From: a virus
Lineage: Duplodnaviria; Caudoviricetes
DNA: 27,206 nucleotides
Virus record (IMG/VR): IMGVR_UViG_3300039216_000224
Coordinates: 1-27,206 of that record
Strand: one strand, 5' to 3'
The notes below the pieces were generated by a model. That model searched no databases. It saw only the letters and a list, made by a program, of their open reading frames with translations, and had not been told where the DNA came from. The translations under genes and the position numbers were made by a program. This document shows positions 17,953-23,706 of the stretch, piece by piece; the stretch's first letter is position 1; each line of letters starts with the position of its first letter.

Positions 17953-18707
17953 ATTTCATCCCCAAGCCGATGAAGGCGAATTTTCTGTGGGGTGCCATTC
18001 TTGTGCCGCCAGTTCTCTGGGTGCTCCCAATGGCCACCAGAAAAGAAGTTGAGTGGCCCCCATGGGGCGTGATCGAGCGTCGGGGCTTCTTGTAACAGCC
18101 GGCGATAGGCAGAAACCATACGATCTTTAAGTTTTTCTAAATCGCCGCCGCGTTTTTCCTCGTTCCGGCCGATTTCCTCTAAGGCCATGCGAAGATCGCG
18201 GCCGGCGAGGTTCAGTTCAAGTAAAACCCCACTGGCAAGCATTGACGCATCAATATTTTCTTTTCTAAGTACATCTTCATCTTCTATCTTCATCTTCCGC
18301 GCGGAAGGGGTTGGAATTTGCTTAACCCCAGTGGTTGGAATTTGCTTAAGCAAACGGGGATTTCCGCCCTTAGAACCAGCTTCTGAGCGAACTTTTCGGA
18401 TATATTCGTCGTTTACCATGCGCCGACTGTAGATTGCGCCCGTCCCATCCTCTCGACTTGCTACCCCAGAGGTTAGGAGGTTGGTTAGGGTGGTGGTTAG
18501 AATTTGCTTATCCAAACCGAGAAGTCTGCTGAGCGAATCTTCTCCCATCGCCTGCCCATTTAAAACCAGAACGCCGCGCCGCTCCGACTCGTGCATGAGG
18601 CACAACATCTCCCACCACACGCCGCGGTCATGGTAGTTCAATGACTGGACGCCCATGTCTTTACGCCAATCGCCGGGATAGAACTGAAAAGCAGGCAACT
18701 TACTCAA
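17949..18707 (-). CDS. Phage replication initiator (lambda O / YdaU-like)
   Basis: N-terminal PAFQFYPGDW...RG.W..MLC.M; ATGA-coupled to dnaB; internal iterons; TTG start with an AGGTG RBS. Confidence 0.8.
   Translation of the reverse strand: MSKLPAFQFYPGDWRKDMGVQSLNYHDRGVWWEMLCLMHESERRGVLVLNGQAMGEDSLSRLLGLDKQILTTTLTNLLTSGVASREDGTGAIYSRRMVNDEYIRKVRSEAGSKGGNPRLLKQIPTTGVKQIPTPSARKMKIEDEDVLRKENIDASMLASGVLLELNLAGRDLRMALEEIGRNEEKRGGDLEKLKDRMVSAYRRLLQEAPTLDHAPWGPLNFFSGGHWEHPENWRHKNGTPQKIRLHRLGDEI
18241..18510. repeat. Probable replication origin: iterons plus AT-rich tract
   Basis: GGTTGGAATTTGCTTAA at 18309-18325 and 18333-18349, with a near copy at 18495-18510. A 14-bp palindrome TTTGCTTAAGCAAA lies at 18341-18354, and an AT-rich tract at about 18250-18295. 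Confidence 0.7.
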
Positions 18708-18823
18708 AGATTTTCACCTAATACGCCATGCCTATGCTTGAGTTTGGCGGAGGGGGGCCGGTGAAATATCCCCCCTCTAAGCCTTGTCAGGCGACAGGCG
18801 ACGGGAGCAACCCCGCTGGAATC

Positions 18824-18852
18824 ATTTTACGGCAAGCATTCCTCGTTTGCAA
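18824..18852 (-). promoter_or_regulatory. Promoter of the replication operon
   Basis: TTGCAA-17 nt-TAAAAT, followed by a structured leader of about 110 nt. Confidence 0.7.
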
Positions 18853-18936
18853 CCCCAATCTTAAGCCGGTAGTGGGCCAGTTTGGATTTCCACAGGGTCG
18901 CTTTAGCATCCCAGTCTATGCCATGATTGAGATGCT

Positions 18937-19209
18937 ATGACAATCGGTAAAGGGAAGCGCCCCCGCGATCCCAACCAACTCGCCGCATGGACCGTGGCAG
19001 TTTCCACGGGCCAGATTCAAGCGCCGGAGCCCAAAGCGCTTCCGCCCGCAATCAGCATCGCGCCCGCCGCTCTTTCCGAGTATATGGCCTCCATCGGTCG
19101 CAAGGGCGGTCAGATCGGCGGCAAGCGGCGTCTGACTACCATGACCAAGACGCAACGCTCCAGGGTGGCAAAGAGGGCTGCGGCGGCACGCTGGAATCGC
19201 CCGAAATAG
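18937..19209 (+). CDS. Small basic IS-associated protein (probable nucleic-acid binder)
   Basis: KRPRDPNQLA...GRKGGQIGGKRR...QRSRVAKRAAAARW, a family I recall next to IS1/IS1595 transposases. Confidence 0.8.
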   Translation: MTIGKGKRPRDPNQLAAWTVAVSTGQIQAPEPKALPPAISIAPAALSEYMASIGRKGGQIGGKRRLTTMTKTQRSRVAKRAAAARWNRPK

Positions 19210-19242
19210 GGCCGTCAAAGACGGGACCCCAGTTGAAATGTT

Positions 19243-19389
19243 TCATGGCAACATTGATTTCAGCCAACCTTTGAACATTTCCCACATGACGTAAAGAACC
19301 CCTGCGCTGATAGTGAAGACCCAAAGCGCAAAGAAAACTGCCAAAAATATTTCGCCCATCGTGAGCGGTTTCGGCGTGGTTTCACTCAT
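19243..19389 (-). CDS. Small single-pass membrane protein, 48 aa (not in ORF track)
   Basis: MSETTPKPLTMGEIFLAVFFALWVFTISAGVLYVMWEMFKGWLKSMLP*; TAAGAT -10 box 6 nt before the ATG. Confidence 0.6.
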   Translation of the reverse strand: MSETTPKPLTMGEIFLAVFFALWVFTISAGVLYVMWEMFKGWLKSMLP

Positions 19390-19449
19390 TGGATTATCTT
19401 AGCTTGAAAGATGTATACCGAGCAGGAAAATTAGGCAAACGCAAAAACC

Positions 19450-19962
19450 CTAGAGTCCGCGGCGAGAAAGGGTGGCGTTACTGCGACTAGATTCTACTAG
19501 GTGGTCCATCATTCGCTCTATGATGTATTTCACCGCCGCATCCGGGTCCATAGGGTCACCGTCTCCCAACTCATCCACAACCACAATTTCCGATTCTAAA
19601 CCAACGCGAAATTCTAGGTTGTAGAAGCCGATATTCAGTTCAGTGCATCGGATACACCTCGAATCAAGATAGAGGTCGGTGTATGTTTGGCTCACGAAAG
19701 GCGCGGTGCCATTAACCGATATTCGCACACCCCGCTCATCTAGAGAGGGCTTGAACTGTCCACGAAGATTCACATGCGGCAAAGCATCTGTCGCTATCTT
19801 TAATTTCTCAAGTAATGATCTCCAGAACCTTGGAGCGCCCGACGCGATGAGGAGAGCCGCAATCCGATTTTGATCCTCGATGGCCCTCTTTTCTTCATCT
19901 GCCAAGTCGCTAGCTGTCCGGCGCTGTTTCAGGAAATCAGGTATAAGGTTTCTGTCTGCCAC
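19450..19962 (-). CDS. Hypothetical IS passenger protein
   Basis: An AGGAGG RBS precedes GTG 19962; upstream TTGTGC-17-TAATAT; lower GC than the phage genes. Confidence 0.7.
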   Translation of the reverse strand: MADRNLIPDFLKQRRTASDLADEEKRAIEDQNRIAALLIASGAPRFWRSLLEKLKIATDALPHVNLRGQFKPSLDERGVRISVNGTAPFVSQTYTDLYLDSRCIRCTELNIGFYNLEFRVGLESEIVVVDELGDGDPMDPDAAVKYIIERMMDHLVESSRSNATLSRRGL

Positions 19963-20111
19963 GAACTCTCCTCCTAGCCAGATCATCGACGAATCGACCT
20001 GTTGGGCGTTATATTAACTCCGCTGGCCTATCCGCACAATGACACCCTATGCTGCATCAACCAAAAAGTAAGAGAATCTTCATATTTTATGCGCCCTTTC
20101 GCATTATTTCC

Positions 20112-20140
20112 TTGACATGCTAAAGCGGCTATTGCATAAT
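20112..20140 (+). promoter_or_regulatory. Transposase promoter, leaderless
   Basis: TTGACA-17 nt-CATAAT-7 nt-ATG. Confidence 0.8.
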
Positions 20141-20147
20141 AGACAGT

Positions 20148-21038
20148 ATGAACACATTAGATAACAAAACGCGGTCGCAAGTTGTCGGATGCCTAGTTGA
20201 AGGCTGCTCTATTCGCGCCACTGTTCGCATGACGGGCGTCTCCAAAACTACCATCATGAAGCTGCTTTCCGACCTTGGCTCTGCTTGCGCCGCCTACCAC
20301 GATTTCAAGGTTCGCAACCTCCGGGTTCGCCGGATGCAGTGCGACGAGATTTGGCAATTCGTGGGCGCGAAGGCAAAGAACGTTAGTGCGGAAAAGAAGC
20401 AGGGCGGATGGGGAGACGTTTGGACTTGGGTTGGAATCGATGCCGATACGAAACTGGTAGTCGGCTACCTAGTAGGCGGACGGGATGCGGGCTGGGCTCG
20501 TGATTTCATGGAAGATTGCGCCAGCCGCATCAAGGGCCGCGTACAGCTTACGACAGACGGCCACAAGCCCTATCTACAGGCCGTCGAAGATGCCTTCGGA
20601 ATGGATGTGGACTTCGCCACGCTCACGAAGATTTATGGCGCTTCCTCAGACGAAGATCACCGCCGCTACTCTCCCGGCAAGTGCATCGGCTGTGACATGA
20701 AAACCGTCATGGGCGATCCAGACCCAGCCCACGTGAGCACGTCCTATGTCGAGCGTCAGAACCTTACAGTGCGGATGCAGAATCGCCGCTTTACACGGTT
20801 GACCAATGCGTTCTCAAAGAAGATCGAAAACCACATCTGCTCCGTTGCACTCCACTACATGCATTACAACTTTTGCAGGGTTCATCAGTCGCTCAGAGTT
20901 ACGCCAGCTATGGAAGCCGGGCTTGCGGATCACGTTTGGATGATTGAGGAATTGGTTGCATTGATGCCGAAACCGACCGTTGCGAAATCGACAATCGACC
21001 GGGACTTGCTGCGGAAGGCGCTTGGGGAAAGCGCATAA
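20148..21038 (+). CDS. IS1-family DDE transposase (single ORF)
   Basis: HTH EGCSIRATVRMTGVSKTTI; catalytic QCDEIWQFVGAK, TTDGHKPY, TSYVERQNLTVR, RFTRLTNAFSKK. Confidence 0.93.
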   Translation: MNTLDNKTRSQVVGCLVEGCSIRATVRMTGVSKTTIMKLLSDLGSACAAYHDFKVRNLRVRRMQCDEIWQFVGAKAKNVSAEKKQGGWGDVWTWVGIDADTKLVVGYLVGGRDAGWARDFMEDCASRIKGRVQLTTDGHKPYLQAVEDAFGMDVDFATLTKIYGASSDEDHRRYSPGKCIGCDMKTVMGDPDPAHVSTSYVERQNLTVRMQNRRFTRLTNAFSKKIENHICSVALHYMHYNFCRVHQSLRVTPAMEAGLADHVWMIEELVALMPKPTVAKSTIDRDLLRKALGESA

Positions 21039-21047
21039 CATATGCGG

Positions 21048-21860
21048 CTATTCTGCGGCCCAATCTGGGACCTTGGCGCGCCTTTTCCAGTGCATCCAAA
21101 GTGAGTCAGCGAGCGGAGGAATCTTCGATTGCAATTCCCGGACAGAATCTGGCCCGATCTCTTGACGGCGGCCAATTCCGGGGTAGATGAATACCATATC
21201 AACATCCTCTCCCACCCCGCTCCTCGATTTGTGCGCTTCCCGAAATACGAAAGCTGCCATGGTCATCAGGTTTGGCTTATCCAACTTGGGATATTCGTAG
21301 AGGCGATCTGAAAAGTAATCGGCTATAACCTTCCCTGATCCATAGGCGCAGTAGTGATGCTCGGGAAGCATAATTGCCCCGTCTGTGTAGTAAAGGACAG
21401 GAACAGTGTTCGGGAACTTAGCTTGAATGACCACGATAAAATTCATCGGCATTTCAGCCAAAACATCCAAGAACTGCGTATGTACGCACTGCAAGCTGGC
21501 TTCAATCAGGGTTTTGAATTCGCGCAGAACGTCTGATCCTTTTGCGAATGCTTCACTTAGAGCGTTGTGTATTAGCTCATTTGTTTTTACAATCGCGGGC
21601 GTCGGACCAGCTCCGGCAAGGTAGAAGTCGCACGGCAGAAGGTGAATCGGATAAATCTTGTCAACGCTTCGTTTTGCTAACCACCCGTCATTCTCCTCCC
21701 GATCCGCGCAGAGCAGAACCCCGCCTTCTGCGCTTCTGTAGGCTGCTACCAGGGTCATGGGCCGTGGTCCTTTCGGAAGCCGCTTGGGTTTTGGGATCGG
21801 AAACGGGCGCGGAAATGGACTCGGGGCGAATGGACGCGGCTTCAGGAATGGCGAAATCAT
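21048..21860 (-). CDS. Proteasome-beta/Ntn-hydrolase-like protein; mature domain from M-T at 21758, preceded by an in-frame Pro-rich segment
   Basis: MTLVAA....GVLLCADRE...KI...LAGAG...YGSG...VG..VD matches the Thr1/Asp/Lys/GSG layout of proteasome-type Ntn hydrolases. Confidence 0.7.
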   Translation of the reverse strand: MISPFLKPRPFAPSPFPRPFPIPKPKRLPKGPRPMTLVAAYRSAEGGVLLCADREENDGWLAKRSVDKIYPIHLLPCDFYLAGAGPTPAIVKTNELIHNALSEAFAKGSDVLREFKTLIEASLQCVHTQFLDVLAEMPMNFIVVIQAKFPNTVPVLYYTDGAIMLPEHHYCAYGSGKVIADYFSDRLYEYPKLDKPNLMTMAAFVFREAHKSRSGVGEDVDMVFIYPGIGRRQEIGPDSVRELQSKIPPLADSLWMHWKRRAKVPDWAAE

Positions 21861-21917
21861 AGCTCACTGGCCTCTTGTGCTGCATCTGCCTGTGGAAATC
21901 CAAACTGGCCCACTACC

Positions 21918-22919
21918 CAGGATCGAGATTCCCTCGAAGGATAGCTCCCGGCGCATAAGCTGCCCGGCCTGGGCAAGCTGGTTTGATACCACGGTTTGAA
22001 GCGGAGCGCCGCCGGCCTTGATCGCGTCCGCCACGCGCCAGAGTTCGGGGATGGCGATCGATATATCGGTCTTTGGCGCGTAAAGAGGAACATTGTCCGG
22101 GCGTTTGGCCCAGGTTGCGGACATGAAGAACACGCCGCGGCTCTGCGCTAGAACCTCCTGAAAGAACAAGCCCGTGTTTGATTCCCCGCCCCCGGCATTA
22201 TGGCTTTCGTCCAAAACCATGATCGCGTCCGGCGCCAGCTTCGTTAAAGCCATCTGCTGCATATTCTCCGTGTTGATCTGCGAGTACGTCAGATACACGG
22301 CATTTCGCCCCCTGGGCAGCTCACCGGTCTCGGCAATCCTCTCAAGCGTCGGTTTCATCGGTCCGCGATTTGCGAATATCTTGCGGCCAGTAGTCCATTC
22401 CGTGATCGAGGAATTGGCATTGAAGAGCAGCGGCCAGATATTTGAACCAAACTCGATGTCGTCCATATCCCGCTGGAAGTCCGAGAACAAGGCGTCCGAG
22501 TAGGTGCAGAAGATGGGCAGGATGCGGTTCAGGATGGCCCAGCGGCAGACGCCGGCGGCGCAGCGGCCTTTTCCAACACCTGTCATGCTCGACTCGATCA
22601 ATGATTTTCCGTGCCGTAGCTGCCAGATTGCCATGGCCACCGCATCGACCTGCAGACCCATGAAGAACTGATGCATGTGTTGAACGGAGTTGTAACGGAG
22701 CTCGCGCGCAACAAAGGCGTCCACATCCCCCACGTCGGCCTCTACCCGCTCCATGGCCGCGCGCATGGGCGCTTTCATCTGCTTCGGGACCATGAAGCCT
22801 CGATCCTTGCGCGAAGATAGCGGCTCATACGGCTCCTGCAAATTGTTCGCTAAAGGATCGGGTAGATGCTGAATCTTAGGCCGGCGGGTCAAAAGTAACA
22901 GGCGTGTTGCAGTGTCCAT
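21918..22919 (-). pseudogene. Strawberry-notch-like SF2 helicase, 3'-truncated by the IS
   Basis: QVDAVAMAI, TGVGKGR, VLDESHNAGG, FMSATWAKRP are present. After RRELSFEGISIL the frame runs into the IS inverted repeat (GSGPVWISTG...*), and no second RecA domain follows. Confidence 0.8.
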
Positions 22920-22960
22920 GATTGCGTATTGTAAATCAAGTTGGGTGCGGATGGTGGGGA

Positions 22961-23665
22961 TTATGAAGATTTATTCCGTGCGATCGAGGAGAATAAGCAG
23001 CGCAAGTGCCGCCTGCATTGGAACGACCAAATTTCCAAGGCTTCGGAGCTGATCGGGCCGGGCGAAGTCGATCCCTCCGGCAATCCTTGAAGCCATTCCA
23101 CGAATTTCGTATTCAATCGCCGGCGCGAGGTCGGGGCGGTCTTCGATGATTTCTCGCCAGGCGTCTCGGTCTGCGGGGCCGGGAGGAAAGAGTGCTCGAT
23201 GAAATTCGGAAGTTGTTCGCCCTTCATCTGCCCCCCCCGATCCTTGAAACTCTTCGAATTCGGCGAGCGATAGTCGCGTCCCGCTGGACTCGGAAACGAC
23301 TCCTTCGCCTGGGAGCACAGCCGCACCCCGTCTTTCGTCGGCTTGTCCGTCCTGTTGGTGCATCCCTCCGAGTCGCTGCTTGTCGGTGTCGCCCACTGCA
23401 ACCGTGCTTGCTGGTCCAATCCCATCTCGTCCTTGCGGTCGCCACCCCTGCTCCTGAACGAGTCCACTGCCGGTGTCTGCCATAGCTCTACCTCCGATTG
23501 AAGATCGCCGCCTCCTGATTCCGTGCGGCCTAGTTCCTGTTTACGCATCGAGGATTCGCCCCCCCCCGTGACTGTTCGCGGCGTCGACCACAAACCCTTC
23601 GGCTTCCCGCTTGAGGTTTCGTCCTTGCGTGCTTGTGTCATCCGCTCCCGGCCTTCGTCCGTCAT
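22961..23665 (-). CDS. C5-methyltransferase beta-frame C-terminal part (W-x-T-P repeats and motif IX)
   Basis: Repeats WSTP, WQTP, WATP, FPSP, then RRLNTKFVEWLQGLPEG, a motif IX-like sequence. The start is uncertain. Confidence 0.7.
   Translation of the reverse strand: MTDEGRERMTQARKDETSSGKPKGLWSTPRTVTGGGESSMRKQELGRTESGGGDLQSEVELWQTPAVDSFRSRGGDRKDEMGLDQQARLQWATPTSSDSEGCTNRTDKPTKDGVRLCSQAKESFPSPAGRDYRSPNSKSFKDRGGQMKGEQLPNFIEHSFLPAPQTETPGEKSSKTAPTSRRRLNTKFVEWLQGLPEGSTSPGPISSEALEIWSFQCRRHLRCLFSSIARNKSS
22971..23483 (-). CDS. C5-methyltransferase alpha-frame C-terminal part (motif X)
   Basis: RPDQLRSLGNLVVPMQAALAL is motif X; a GGAGGT RBS lies 6 nt before the ATG; the ORF is nested in another frame inside 22961-23665. 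Confidence 0.75.
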   Translation of the reverse strand: MADTGSGLVQEQGWRPQGRDGIGPASTVAVGDTDKQRLGGMHQQDGQADERRGAAVLPGEGVVSESSGTRLSLAEFEEFQGSGGADEGRTTSEFHRALFPPGPADRDAWREIIEDRPDLAPAIEYEIRGMASRIAGGIDFARPDQLRSLGNLVVPMQAALALLILLDRTE

Positions 23666-23706
23666 GTGCGCTTGGCGTGCTCCATTTCATTCAGGTTCCC
23701 ATTTCG

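Larger units (their letters stand above)
18868..21917. mobile_element. IS1-family element with passenger genes (3050 bp)
   Basis: Perfect 29-bp terminal inverted repeats GGTAGTGGGCCAGTTTGGATTTCCACAGG (18868-18896 / 21889-21917) with the GGT ends typical of IS1; central DDE transposase; no flanking direct repeat. Confidence 0.92.

Noticed and set aside
18309-18510. Short direct repeats as a possible CRISPR array
   Set aside because: Only 2-3 copies of 17 bp with a 7-bp gap, inside the initiator gene, which fits iterons. No cas genes are present.
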